This document shows, piece by piece, positions 1 through 8,755 of a DNA stretch of 64,000 nt. Location of the stretch: positions 39,274 through 103,273 of the forward strand of contig JBAZQX010000001.1 in NCBI GenBank assembly GCA_041644975.1. Reading direction: 5' to 3'. The stretch is from Candidatus Doudnabacteria bacterium (GTDB lineage: Bacteria; Patescibacteriota; JAQUNI01). The translations under genes were made by a program, and so were the position numbers. The notes below the pieces were generated by a model. It saw nothing but the letters and a program-made list of their open reading frames with translations, had not been told where the DNA came from and made no database searches. Positions within the stretch are counted from its first letter, which is position 1; each line of letters starts with the position of its first letter.

Positions 1-472
1 AATAGGCAATTAAATCACGCGGTGAGGAATGAAAATATTTTTGCATTGCTGAAACGGTTTTTACCCCAATCTCGCGACTCGTGCCTAGCCAGCCGGCATG
101 AGCGAGAGCAACCACTTTTTGTTTTGGGTCATAAAAAAATATACAGACACAATCCGCGGTTAATATAGAAAGGATTACATCAGGTTTGTCAGTAACGATG
201 GCATCGCAGTTTTGGAGGGCGCTTATAGGCTCTTTAGCTCCACGGCCTTTATCTTTTTTCGTGACTATTTTTACCCTGTCACCGTGGGTCTGAAAGCAAT
301 TAACAAGGTTTTCAATTTTAAACCCTAATTTTCGCGCAAAGGCTTTACGGTTAGATAAAATCTTTTTTCTGTCTTTATCAAGGTAAAAATTTAAAGGTCC
401 GCAGGATTTTGTGGAAGAACCGTGGATTAAATTTAGAAAAGAAGAAAGTTTTTGCGATGTAATGATTTTCAT
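1..472 (-). CDS. pgeF: PgeF/YfiH-family (DUF152) protein, N-terminal ~157 codons; the 3' end lies beyond the window start
   Basis: A minus-strand ATG at ~472-470 is not in the ORF track because the ORF is truncated. My translation MKIITSQKL..CFQTHGDRV..LTADCVCIFF..ALAHAGWLGT carries the YfiH hallmarks (Q-HG, ADC, HAGWRG-like). Confidence 0.6.
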   Translation of the reverse strand, partial: MKIITSQKLSSFLNLIHGSSTKSCGPLNFYLDKDRKKILSNRKAFARKLGFKIENLVNCFQTHGDRVKIVTKKDKGRGAKEPISALQNCDAIVTDKPDVILSILTADCVCIFFYDPKQKVVALAHAGWLGTSREIGVKTVSAMQKYFHSSPRDLIAY

Positions 473-525
473 TAAAGTTTATTCCTGATTTCCAATTCCT
501 AATATCTAATTCATTATTCCTGATT

Positions 526-1599
526 TTATTTCGGCGGCGTGCCCATGCCGATTAATCCCACAATCAGGCCAACCAAACATCCCAAAACCGCGATGATCCA
601 GAAGCGCATCACAACTTGAGGCTCGGACCATCCCTTGGCTTCAAAATGATGATGAATAGGGCTCGAGAGAAAAATTTTTTTCTTGAATGCCTTTTTGGCC
701 GTATATTGCAAAATCACGGACGCGGATTCAATCACTAGCACAATGCCAATCAGAGGAAGAACAAGCGCGGAATTGGTAAGCATCGCGATAATTCCTAAAG
801 TGGTCCCGAGGCTCATCGCGCCCGTATCGCCCATAAAAAAGCGCGCGGGATAGATATTAAACCATAAGAAGGCTAGAAGAGCGCCGGCAATGGTGCCGCA
901 AAAGGCGGCTAACTCAATTCTGCCTTTGGCAAAAGCGATGACACCGAAACTGGCAAAAGCGAAAAGGAGAACACCGCCGGCAAGACCGTCAAGACCGTCG
1001 GTTTCATTAGTGGAAAAAGAAGTCGCTACCATAATTAAAATAAAAAGCGGAATGTACCACCAGCCGATAGGAAAATCGCCAATGCCGGGAATGTGAATGA
1101 CGTCCCAGGCAAGTTTGTAATAAAACCACCAGGCGCCGAATATAGCCACAATCGTGTAAAGGATTAACCGATGCCGCATACGCAGTCCTCCTCCTTTGGG
1201 TCCTATCTTAAAAACATTTAAGAGATCATCCACGGCGCCGACCAAAGCCGTCGCGACTAATGCTCCGAGGGGGAGAAGCGTTTGCGGTCGGGTTAAGAAA
1301 TTCAGATAGTGAAAAAGGGGAATATGGGTTAATTTATCCAAGGCAAAGAACAGAATCGCCAGAAATAAAACCGTGATCCAAATCAGCATTCCTCCCATCG
1401 TAGGCGTGCCTTCTTTTTTTTGGTGAAGTTTTGTATAAAGAGGAGCGCCGTCGGTGCGGATGCTCTTGCCAATTTTGTACTTTTTTAAAACTTTGATCAA
1501 GAAAGGGGTCCATAAAATAGCGATCAAGAAAGAAAGTCCGGATAACACAAAAATCTTGGTGAGTCCCGGAAAATATTGCATACCTTGAGTCGTATCCAT
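526..1599 (-). CDS. mraY: phospho-N-acetylmuramoyl-pentapeptide transferase
   Basis: The 357-aa polytopic protein carries HQKKEGTPTMGG and VDDLLN motifs typical of MraY. Confidence 0.9.
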   Translation of the reverse strand: MDTTQGMQYFPGLTKIFVLSGLSFLIAILWTPFLIKVLKKYKIGKSIRTDGAPLYTKLHQKKEGTPTMGGMLIWITVLFLAILFFALDKLTHIPLFHYLNFLTRPQTLLPLGALVATALVGAVDDLLNVFKIGPKGGGLRMRHRLILYTIVAIFGAWWFYYKLAWDVIHIPGIGDFPIGWWYIPLFILIMVATSFSTNETDGLDGLAGGVLLFAFASFGVIAFAKGRIELAAFCGTIAGALLAFLWFNIYPARFFMGDTGAMSLGTTLGIIAMLTNSALVLPLIGIVLVIESASVILQYTAKKAFKKKIFLSSPIHHHFEAKGWSEPQVVMRFWIIAVLGCLVGLIVGLIGMGTPPK

Positions 1600-1700
1600 T
1601 GTTCAACTGTTCTATTGTTCAATTGTCGCATTGTTTTAAAGCCGTGTTCTTTTTCAGAAAAGATTAACAATGAAGCAATGAAGCAATGAAACATTTTCTA
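1600..1700. repeat. intergenic palindrome of tandem units (attgttcaactgttctattgttcaattgtcgcattgtt ... aacaatgaagcaatgaagcaatgaaac)
   Basis: Direct reading. Confidence 0.6.
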
Positions 1701-1743
1701 TATAAAAAGATTAGGATATAATTCTAAAATTTGGATGGCGCGC

Positions 1744-2649
1744 TTATTTCCATTGGTAAGCCCGGAAAGTCCAATTGATTAATCCCTTGGATTCCTGCCA
1801 TTCATTTTTGCTGTTCATTACAACCGTGATAATTTCATGGCCTCTTTTATCCGAAGCTACCTCAATAAGGCAATATCCGGCATTATCCGTGAATCCTGTT
1901 TTACCGCCAATAATATTGAGATAAGAGCTTTGCAATAATTTGTTGCTGTTTTTAAGGAAACGGTCGCGGATATTTGTTGTAAAACCAATAGTGGGAGTAT
2001 TAATGATTTCACGAAAAACTTTTTTCTCTAGAGCATAACGAGTAATCTCGGCCAGATCGTAAGCCGAGGAGTAATGCCCTTCGGCATCAATACCATGCGT
2101 ATTTTTAAAATGGGAATCCTTTAATCCAAGGATGCGCGCTTTTTGGTTCATTAAATCCACGAATTTTGTTTCACTTCCCGCAATGTATTCCCCCAAAGCT
2201 ACTCCCGCGTCATTAGCAGAAGACATTAGAAGACCGCGAAGCAGATTGTAAACCGAGATTTTTTCTCCAGGAGCAAGGCGCATATGCGCGCCTTGCGGCT
2301 GCACGTATGCCGGGCCTTTTCCTACGGTTACGATATCATCGGGTTGCGGGGAGTTATCCATGACTGTTACGGCGGTCATAATTTTAGTCAAGCTCGCTTG
2401 CGGCAGTTTTTGGTGGATGTTCTTCGCGAAGAGCACCTTGCCCGATTCCTTATCCAAAACAATGGCGGCTGTCGCAGTCATTTTTACTCCCAGCATCTTC
2501 GGATTTTTGATTGGTCCTTTTGATGTTTGCGCCGCCAGTATTTCTTGCTTCACGGGTTCTTTCGCTTGGAGCGGCAGACGCGCGCCTTGCGCCGGCATCA
2601 GATAATTAGAAGCGAGGAGAGTGATAAGACTGGTAAATTGAAGTAACAT
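1744..2649 (-). CDS. D-alanyl-D-alanine carboxypeptidase (peptidase S11, low-molecular-weight PBP)
   Basis: It has an N-terminal signal peptide and the SLTK (SxxK), SAND (SxN) and KTGFT (KTG) active-site triad. Confidence 0.8.
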   Translation of the reverse strand: MLLQFTSLITLLASNYLMPAQGARLPLQAKEPVKQEILAAQTSKGPIKNPKMLGVKMTATAAIVLDKESGKVLFAKNIHQKLPQASLTKIMTAVTVMDNSPQPDDIVTVGKGPAYVQPQGAHMRLAPGEKISVYNLLRGLLMSSANDAGVALGEYIAGSETKFVDLMNQKARILGLKDSHFKNTHGIDAEGHYSSAYDLAEITRYALEKKVFREIINTPTIGFTTNIRDRFLKNSNKLLQSSYLNIIGGKTGFTDNAGYCLIEVASDKRGHEIITVVMNSKNEWQESKGLINWTFRAYQWK

Positions 2650-2652
2650 TAT

Positions 2653-2690
2653 AATTAGGAATCAGGAATTAGGAATCAGGAATTATGAAA
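2653..2690. repeat. tandem aggaatcaggaatt repeats. The reverse-complement unit (attcctgatt) occurs at 481-525.
   Basis: Direct reading. Confidence 0.6.
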
Positions 2691-2713
2691 ATAAGTTTCT
2701 GCTTCCTTATTTA

Positions 2714-3232
2714 TTATTCCTCATTCCCTTTGTTAAATTCATTATATTTTGGTAATTTTATAGCCTCGCTTAAACCCAAATGGCGTAGAAAATCGGCAGT
2801 AATTTGGTATTCAACTTTTTTCCCTTTAATTTTTCTTTCCACCAATCCTCGGCGCAAGAGATTACGCAGGACAAAAATTGAATTGACGCCGCGGATTTCT
2901 TCGATTTGATAACGTGAGACAGGGCCTTTGTAGGCAATAATTGCCAGAGTTTCTAGGGCAAGCGTGGAAAGTTCCCCGCGTAAATCCTTTTGCTGATATT
3001 TTTGGATCCAAACAGCGTAATGGGGATTGCTGACCATCTGAATTTGACCATTGTGTTCCAAGATCATTATTCCTCTCCGGGAGCAATCTTTCTTCATCAC
3101 GGCAAGCGCTTCTTCTATATCCTGCGTTTTAACATTTAAAATTCGCGCCAGTTTTTCAATGCTTTCTTTTTGGGTGGACACAAAAAGCATTGCTTCTAAG
3201 ATCGCCGGCAGGTTATTTTGAAGACTATCCAT
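2714..3232 (-). CDS. scpB: segregation and condensation protein B
   Basis: The 172-aa protein has the N-terminal LEAMLFVS signature and the overall ScpB winged-helix pattern. Confidence 0.75.
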   Translation of the reverse strand: MDSLQNNLPAILEAMLFVSTQKESIEKLARILNVKTQDIEEALAVMKKDCSRRGIMILEHNGQIQMVSNPHYAVWIQKYQQKDLRGELSTLALETLAIIAYKGPVSRYQIEEIRGVNSIFVLRNLLRRGLVERKIKGKKVEYQITADFLRHLGLSEAIKLPKYNEFNKGNEE

Positions 3233-3261
3233 ACTATAGATCTTTTACAAAATAACCTTTT

Positions 3262-3310
3262 CTACCCACGCACCAGTCCGCTAAAGGCGGACGGCGCGGG
3301 GTTTCACTGC
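3262..3310. repeat. partial copy of the conserved hairpin + GGGGTTTCAC motif (cagtccgctaaaggcggacggcgcggggtttcac), ~65 nt upstream of the scpB start
   Basis: The hairpin gtccgc/gcggac plus ggggtttcac is similar to copy 1 at 39066-39161. Confidence 0.4.
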
Positions 3311-3409
3311 AATTGCCAGATTTCGTAGCGAAAAATTATTTCGCAAAAGGTCTTATATTTTTATTGTTGATATTAATTATTCTAGCAGAGAAAGAGAGGA
3401 AGATAAATA

Positions 3410-3440
3410 TTGACAAAATATGAATTATGTTGTTTAAAAT
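3410..3440 (+). promoter_or_regulatory. candidate sigma70-like promoter (TTGACA, 17-19 nt spacer, TAAAAT) inside the long divergent intergenic region
   Basis: TTGACA lies at ~3410-3415 and TAAAAT at ~3435-3440. This is the only long (490 nt) spacer at the strand switch between scpB (-) and the glycan operon (+). Confidence 0.25.
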
Positions 3441-3518
3441 GTTAATTTACCTCATTAGAGAAAGTTCATCTCGTTACGAATTCATTTGTAACGGGATGGT
3501 CATCACCACTTAAAGCGA

Positions 3519-3581
3519 GAGAACCGTTAGCCCCTGTTGGAAATAAATTTTTAAACGGGGTTAGAAAATGAGGTTCTCTAA
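3519..3581 (+). other. long imperfect stem-loop (agagaacc...ggttctct outer stem, cccctgtt/aacgggg inner stem); a possible structured RNA or regulatory element
   Basis: The inverted repeats are visible in the sequence. It sits ~100 nt downstream of the candidate promoter and is followed by a T-run at ~3595-3600. Confidence 0.3.
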
Positions 3582-3602
3582 TGGGGTTTATTTGCTTTTT
3601 TA

Positions 3603-3733
3603 GCTAATTTATGGCACAATGTGGAATCTCGTAGTTAGTAATTAGTAATCAGCAATAGAGGTCAATCCGCCGCGAAGCGGCGAAAGTTACTGAGATTACC
3701 GGTTGCTAGTTACCAATTACCAGTTACTATTTT
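3603..3733. repeat. AT-rich inverted tandem repeats (agtaattagtaatcag ... ctagttaccaattaccagttact) flanking a GC hairpin ccgccgcGAAgcggcg
   Basis: Direct reading. The same gtaatcagtaat unit recurs at 9953-9975. Confidence 0.6.
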
Positions 3734-5182
3734 ATGTTCTCCGAACTCAAAAAATTATTCAAGCATTCGGGTATTTATGCGGTTGGTGCGACTGCACAGG
3801 TCGCACTTTCTTTTTTGTTAATTCCTTTTTATACGCGATATTTGAGTCAAGCAGACTATGGACGTTTGGAAATTCTACAAACCCTTTTAAAAGTTTTGTT
3901 GTTTTTAATCCCTTTAGGATTGCCTTCGGCAATTTTAAAGTGTTATCACCGCGATGCCAAAAGCCAGACCGAGCGTAGAATTCTCACGAGCACGGCCTTC
4001 TTTTCCGTTCTTGTGGCGGGGTTGTTGCAGTCTTTGATCTTGCTTTTTTTTGTGCATCCTTTGGGGCAGTTTCTGATTAAAATAAATTTTGGTTTATTGA
4101 TTTATACCGTGCTTGCCACTTCCCTTTTTGCTGCTCTACTGGAATTAGAACTTTCTTTTTTGCGCGCAGAAGAGCGATCTCGCTCCTATACCGTGATTTT
4201 TTTATTACGTTTTATTCTAACTTTGGGAATCACCATATATCTCGTAGTGGGCCTCAAATGGGGTCTTTTTGGCGCTCTTTTGGGTAATTTAGTGGCCCAA
4301 ATTTTCACCTTCCTTACTTTCTTGCCATATCTCAAAAACTATGTTAAAATTAGCTATTCTAAGTTTGCCTTGACAAAATTGTTATCTTTTGGTCTAGCCA
4401 TTTTGCCTGCCTCAATTGCGATGTGGGTTATGGATCTGTCTGATCGTTATTTTTTAAGTCATTTCGGCACTTTGGAGATGGTGGGTGTTTATTCGGTGGG
4501 TTATCGTATTGGTTTTATTTTGGAGTTTGTTTTAGTCATCCCTTTTCAGCTTGCTTGGCCTTCTTTTTCCTTTCGGATTGCCAAACACAAAAATCATCAG
4601 CAGATTTACGCACGCACTTTAACCTATTTTTTCTTCATTGGTATATTTAGCTTTTTAGTTTTATCCTTCTTTGCCCCGGAAATCGTGAAGATTATTGTAC
4701 CAAAGAATTACGCGAGCGCCGCGTTAATTGTTCCCCTTGTCGCTTTGGCTTATGTGTTTTATGGGATGCATTTTGTGGTGGCGCCTGGTATTCATCTAAG
4801 AGGGAAAACAAAATATTATCCCCTGGTGATTGTTTTTCCCGCGGCTTTAAATATTTTTTTAAATTATTTGCTTATTCCTATTTATGGAATGTGGGGCGCT
4901 GCCGAAGCGACCTTGATTGCTTTTATTTTCGTTTTTATCCTGACCTATTTTGTTTCTAACCATTTTTATCCCGTGCGCTACGAATGGAAGAGATTATTGA
5001 AAATTGCGATAACAGGCTTAGCGGTTTTTGGTTTTTCCGTGCTTTATCCTATGTCCCATGCTACGATCGCAGCGATATTGATTAAAATTGGGTTATTAAT
5101 TTTATTTTTAATCTTGCTTTGGGGTGAAAGATTTTTTGAGAAAGAAGAGAGAGAAAAAATAAAAGAATTTCTCAAGCTGTAA
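3734..5182 (+). CDS. polysaccharide/oligosaccharide flippase (Wzx-like, MOP/PST superfamily)
   Basis: The 482-aa protein has ~12-14 predicted TM helices and sits as the first gene of a glycan operon. The composition is typical of Wzx. Confidence 0.55.
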   Translation: MFSELKKLFKHSGIYAVGATAQVALSFLLIPFYTRYLSQADYGRLEILQTLLKVLLFLIPLGLPSAILKCYHRDAKSQTERRILTSTAFFSVLVAGLLQSLILLFFVHPLGQFLIKINFGLLIYTVLATSLFAALLELELSFLRAEERSRSYTVIFLLRFILTLGITIYLVVGLKWGLFGALLGNLVAQIFTFLTFLPYLKNYVKISYSKFALTKLLSFGLAILPASIAMWVMDLSDRYFLSHFGTLEMVGVYSVGYRIGFILEFVLVIPFQLAWPSFSFRIAKHKNHQQIYARTLTYFFFIGIFSFLVLSFFAPEIVKIIVPKNYASAALIVPLVALAYVFYGMHFVVAPGIHLRGKTKYYPLVIVFPAALNIFLNYLLIPIYGMWGAAEATLIAFIFVFILTYFVSNHFYPVRYEWKRLLKIAITGLAVFGFSVLYPMSHATIAAILIKIGLLILFLILLWGERFFEKEEREKIKEFLKL

Positions 5183-5246
5183 TTCGCAACTTAAAAGATA
5201 ATTCACCTTGTGTTTATAAATTATACGTTATAAGTTATAAGAATTT

Positions 5247-6188
5247 ATGACCAAACTCATTGTTATTATTCCGGCTTACAATGAAGAAAGAACCATAGGT
5301 CGTGTGATTACTGAAATCCCGCGGCAGATTCAAGGTATCTCCGAGGTTTTAGTTTTAGTTTCTGATGATGGATCCACTGACCATACCGTAGAGGAAGCAA
5401 GGGCAAGTGGCGCTGATTTTGTGATCTCCCATCCTAACGCGGGTCTTGCTTTTAATTTCAAGATTGCCTTAGAAGAGGCGCTAAAATCAGATGCCGACAT
5501 TATTGTCAATATTGATGCCGATTCTCAGTATAATAGCCAAGAGATTCCGCGTCTCGTTCAGCCAATTCTTCAGAACAGAGCGGAAATTGTGTTGGGAGAT
5601 CGCCAGGTGGCGAAGCTCAAGCATATGCCCTTTGGCAACAAATATGGTAATATATTAGGTAGTTGGTTTATTCGCAGGCTTTTGAATTTAAATATCATTG
5701 ATGCCTCTACCGGCTTTCGGGCTTTCTCACGCGAAGCGGCTTTGCGTTTATCCGTAATGACTCGGCATACCTATACCCACGAAACTTTGATTCAGGCCGC
5801 GGATCAAGGTTTGAAGATGGTGCAGATTCCGATTGAGTTTAGAAGGCGAGCGGGTCATTCTCGTTTAATCTCCAATTTAAGGAGCCATATTGTGAAGACG
5901 GGTTTGACAATTATCCGCACTTTTACAGTCTACAAGCCTTTAAGGGTGATGTTGAGTCTGGGGTTAATTCTTTTCTTAGTTGGTTTTGTTTTTATTGTTC
6001 GGTTTTTTTATTTTTGGATCGTGGCGGAAGGTCAGGGTCATATTCAATCCTTAATTATTGCTTCCGTGTTTATGATGATTGGTTTTCAGACCATTGTCTT
6101 GGGTTTAGTAGCCTCGGCTATTGGTTGGTCGCGTAAAATGATGGAAGAAATTTTGTATCGGATCAAGAAGCAGGAATTTAAATCTTGA
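5247..6188 (+). CDS. GT2 polyprenyl-phosphate glycosyltransferase (GtrB/ArnC/DPM1-like) with C-terminal TM helices
   Basis: It has the N-terminal IVIIPAYNEE, the DDGSTD and DADSQY (DxD) motifs, and two C-terminal TM segments. Confidence 0.75.
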   Translation: MTKLIVIIPAYNEERTIGRVITEIPRQIQGISEVLVLVSDDGSTDHTVEEARASGADFVISHPNAGLAFNFKIALEEALKSDADIIVNIDADSQYNSQEIPRLVQPILQNRAEIVLGDRQVAKLKHMPFGNKYGNILGSWFIRRLLNLNIIDASTGFRAFSREAALRLSVMTRHTYTHETLIQAADQGLKMVQIPIEFRRRAGHSRLISNLRSHIVKTGLTIIRTFTVYKPLRVMLSLGLILFLVGFVFIVRFFYFWIVAEGQGHIQSLIIASVFMMIGFQTIVLGLVASAIGWSRKMMEEILYRIKKQEFKS

Positions 6189-6198
6189 TGTTATATTT

Positions 6199-6633
6199 AT
6201 GTTGCGCATACCAGCAATTATATTTTTGTTAATTATTATTATTGCTCTCGGCGCGTACGCCGCTTGGCAAGGTCCGCGCGGGGAGATTACTTCTTGGGAA
6301 GCCGTGGCCGCTCCCGAAAAGTATGAGGGTCGCGAGATTAAGGCTGGCTACAATCGCATTATCGGAGGGGGAGGCAGCTACTGGACTGTTGGCCCCTTCG
6401 GTCATTATGTTGTTTTAAAAATTGATCCTCGCCTTTCATTGGAGCCGGGGAATTTTATTAGCTACCAAGGTCAAGTCCGAAAAGATGGCTATATTGAAAC
6501 AAACGAAATTTATATTCACAAAGAGCGAGGTTTTAAATATTTAGTCTCGCTGATCCCTTTATTTGTGATTCTATTCTGGTTTGGGAGAGAATATAGGTTT
6601 AATCAGCGCAAGTTTTATTTTGAAGAAAAGTGA
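6199..6633 (+). CDS. hypothetical bitopic membrane protein (N- and C-terminal TM helices with a ~95-aa exported domain)
   Basis: The ORF has this hydrophobicity pattern. No family was recognised. Confidence 0.4.
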   Translation: MLRIPAIIFLLIIIIALGAYAAWQGPRGEITSWEAVAAPEKYEGREIKAGYNRIIGGGGSYWTVGPFGHYVVLKIDPRLSLEPGNFISYQGQVRKDGYIETNEIYIHKERGFKYLVSLIPLFVILFWFGREYRFNQRKFYFEEK

Positions 6634-6785
6634 AGCTCCACGGGTTCACGCTCGTAGTATTTTTTATAATGGGATTTTGTGGAGCGAAACCCCGCACCAG
6701 AAAGCCACCATTCATCCACTAATTTATGAAATACTCTCACTGTGGCACCCGTGGCTTTCTGGTGCGCCGGGTAAGTTTTAAAACT

Positions 6786-7259
6786 ACTATGCCTGATCTA
6801 ATTTCACATTGTTTGGTCAGCAGGATATTATTTTTTGGTAAGTTCAAAAAATATTTACTACTCTTTTTAATTGGCGCCATTCTTCCTGATGTTTTGACGC
6901 GGGCTCCCCTCTTTTTTTTCAGCGGGTGTTATCGTTGCGCTTGGTGGATTGGCGTTTTCCATTCCCCTCTTCCTCTTTTTTTTGTTGTTTTACTTTTTAG
7001 TTTATTTTTCAAAAGAGTGAAAGAGGCTTTTGGAGCTTTGTTTCTAGGCGTTCTCTTGCATTTATTTTTTGATTCTTTCCAGAGACATTTGGGCGGCGGC
7101 TATTACTGGCTGTTTCCTTTTTCTTTTCAGACCGCGGAATGGGGTCTCATCTGGCCGGAAACAAGTTTAAATTTTATTCCTCCACTGTTATTGCTTACTA
7201 TTTTAGTTTATGGCTTTGAATTATATTTTAAAGGGAGAAAGATAAGGCGGGAAAATTAA
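6786..7259 (+). CDS. hypothetical polytopic membrane protein (possibly DUF457-like membrane-bound hydrolase); start taken at the internal Met of the track ORF 6726..7259
   Basis: MPDLISHCLVS...GAILPDVLTR resembles the H...PD pattern of YdjM-like proteins. This is weak. Confidence 0.3.
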   Translation, partial: TMPDLISHCLVSRILFFGKFKKYLLLFLIGAILPDVLTRAPLFFFSGCYRCAWWIGVFHSPLPLFFVVLLFSLFFKRVKEAFGALFLGVLLHLFFDSFQRHLGGGYYWLFPFSFQTAEWGLIWPETSLNFIPPLLLLTILVYGFELYFKGRKIRREN

Positions 7260-7283
7260 TTTACAATTTACAATCAAGTTCCA

Positions 7284-7784
7284 ATGGAGAGCGAGAAAAT
7301 TAAGTCTCAAGCCGAACTTTTGAAGATAATAAATATATTAAGGAAAGAGGGCAAAAGAATTGTTTTCGCGCGCGGCTGTTTTGATTTATTCCACCCGGGC
7401 CATCTTTATTATTTAAAAGAAGCCAAGGCTTTAGGAGATATCCTGGTGGTTTGGGTCAATACTGATCAATCCGTGCGAGAATTAAAAGGGAAAAAGCGGC
7501 CGTTATTTTCCGAACAAGAACGAATGGATTTTTTGGCAAATTTAGAGGTGGTTGATTTCGTTTCCTCCTTTGGTCATCGGGAAGGACTAGATATTATTCA
7601 AAGATTTAAGCCTGAAATAGTGGCATTAAATAGAGTATCGCCAGAATATCAAAGAGCGGTTCAAGCTTGTAAGGGAAAGATTGCGATTATTCTCCTCTTT
7701 AAAAAATATTCTACAACTAAGATTATTAATCAAATCTCAAAAACACTATGGTTAAAAAACCAAAGAAGTCAGCCCCAAAAATGA
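7284..7784 (+). CDS. cytidylyltransferase-fold nucleotidyltransferase, HldE domain II-like (heptose 1-phosphate adenylyltransferase-like)
   Basis: GCFDLFHPGH..YL..A..LGD.L.V.VNTD.SV..LKG..RP...ER..FL..LEVVDFV..F...STT.II matches RfaE/HldE domain II. Confidence 0.6.
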   Translation: MESEKIKSQAELLKIINILRKEGKRIVFARGCFDLFHPGHLYYLKEAKALGDILVVWVNTDQSVRELKGKKRPLFSEQERMDFLANLEVVDFVSSFGHREGLDIIQRFKPEIVALNRVSPEYQRAVQACKGKIAIILLFKKYSTTKIINQISKTLWLKNQRSQPQK

Positions 7785-8743
7785 AAAAGAGCATTCTGAT
7801 TACCGGCAGCGAGGGTTTTGTCGGCTCGCATCTGGTGGACTGGATACTGAAAAATAAAAATGATTATGAGGTTCACGGTATCCGTCATTGGTATCCGCGC
7901 CACACACCCATTTTGCATTTGAATCCTCATGCCATCTATCATAGTTGCGATATTCGGAATATTGAAGAGTTATTTAAAATTTTAAAAAGGGTGAGGCCGG
8001 TTAAAGTTTTCCATTTAGCAGCCCAAAGTTTTGTCCCTCTCTCTTGGGTTTCTCCCGCTGAAACCTTGGAGACCAATATCGTTGGGGAAGCAAATTTATT
8101 TGAGGCAGTGCGTCGGGCGGGCATTGATCCTGTAATCCAGATTGCGGGATCCAGCGAGGAATATGGCTTAGTCAAGAAAAATGAGGTGCCGGTTTCGGAA
8201 ACAAACCCTCTGCGTCCCCTTTCTCCCTACGCCGTGAGCAAGATTGGTCAAGATTTTTTGGGTTATCAATATTTCAAATCCTACGGTCTGAAAATTATCC
8301 GCACCCGCGCCTTTAATCACACGGGTCCGCGCCGTGGCGAGGTCTTTGCGACCAGCGATTTTTCCAAACAAATTGCCGAGATTGAAAAAGGGAAAAAAGA
8401 AGCCGTGCTTCATGTTGGTAATCTAGATGCGGTGCGCGACTTTACGGATGTCAGAGATGTGGTCAACGCCTACTGGTTAGCCACTGAAAAATGCAAACCT
8501 GGCGAGGTATATAACATAGGCTCGGGCAAGGGTTGCAAGATTGGCGATATGTTAAACATCCTGCTTGGGATGAGCCGGAAGAAGATTAGAGTGGAACAGG
8601 AACCGGAAAGGATGCGGCCTTCGGATGTCCCGGTTTTAATCTGCGACGCCCGAAAATTCCGCCAAGCCACGGGTTGGCGCCCCACTATTCCTTTTGAAAA
8701 AACCTTAAGGGATCTATTGAATTATTGGCGAGAACGGGTTTAA
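7748..8743 (+). CDS. GDP-mannose 4,6-dehydratase family short-chain dehydrogenase (Gmd/Rmd-like). The start may be the internal Met at ~7781.
   Basis: It has the ILITGSEGFVGSHL Rossmann motif, PYAVSK (YxxxK), and AFNHTGPRRGEVF...NLDAVRDFTDVRDVV, which closely matches Gmd (FNHESPRRG...RDWG.A.DYV). Confidence 0.7.
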   Translation: MVKKPKKSAPKMKKSILITGSEGFVGSHLVDWILKNKNDYEVHGIRHWYPRHTPILHLNPHAIYHSCDIRNIEELFKILKRVRPVKVFHLAAQSFVPLSWVSPAETLETNIVGEANLFEAVRRAGIDPVIQIAGSSEEYGLVKKNEVPVSETNPLRPLSPYAVSKIGQDFLGYQYFKSYGLKIIRTRAFNHTGPRRGEVFATSDFSKQIAEIEKGKKEAVLHVGNLDAVRDFTDVRDVVNAYWLATEKCKPGEVYNIGSGKGCKIGDMLNILLGMSRKKIRVEQEPERMRPSDVPVLICDARKFRQATGWRPTIPFEKTLRDLLNYWRERV

Positions 8744-8755
8744 TCTATCGTTTGA

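Noticed and set aside
890-1096. Short ORFs antisense to or nested in annotated genes (for example 890..1096, 1334..1606, 2284..2605, 7939..8685, 11546..11839, 21297..21744, 29920..30312, 43223..44158, 59805..60243, 62491..63166)
   Set aside because: They lie entirely inside longer ORFs that have clear family signatures on the opposite strand or another frame. Their compositions are low-complexity and they have no Shine-Dalgarno. They were treated as spurious.
6581-6781. ORF 6581..6781 (66 aa) between the small membrane protein and the DUF457-like gene
   Set aside because: It overlaps the 3' end of 6199..6633 and the 5' extension of 6726..7259. It has no motifs. The spacer probably just contains the true start region of the downstream gene (Met at ~6786).
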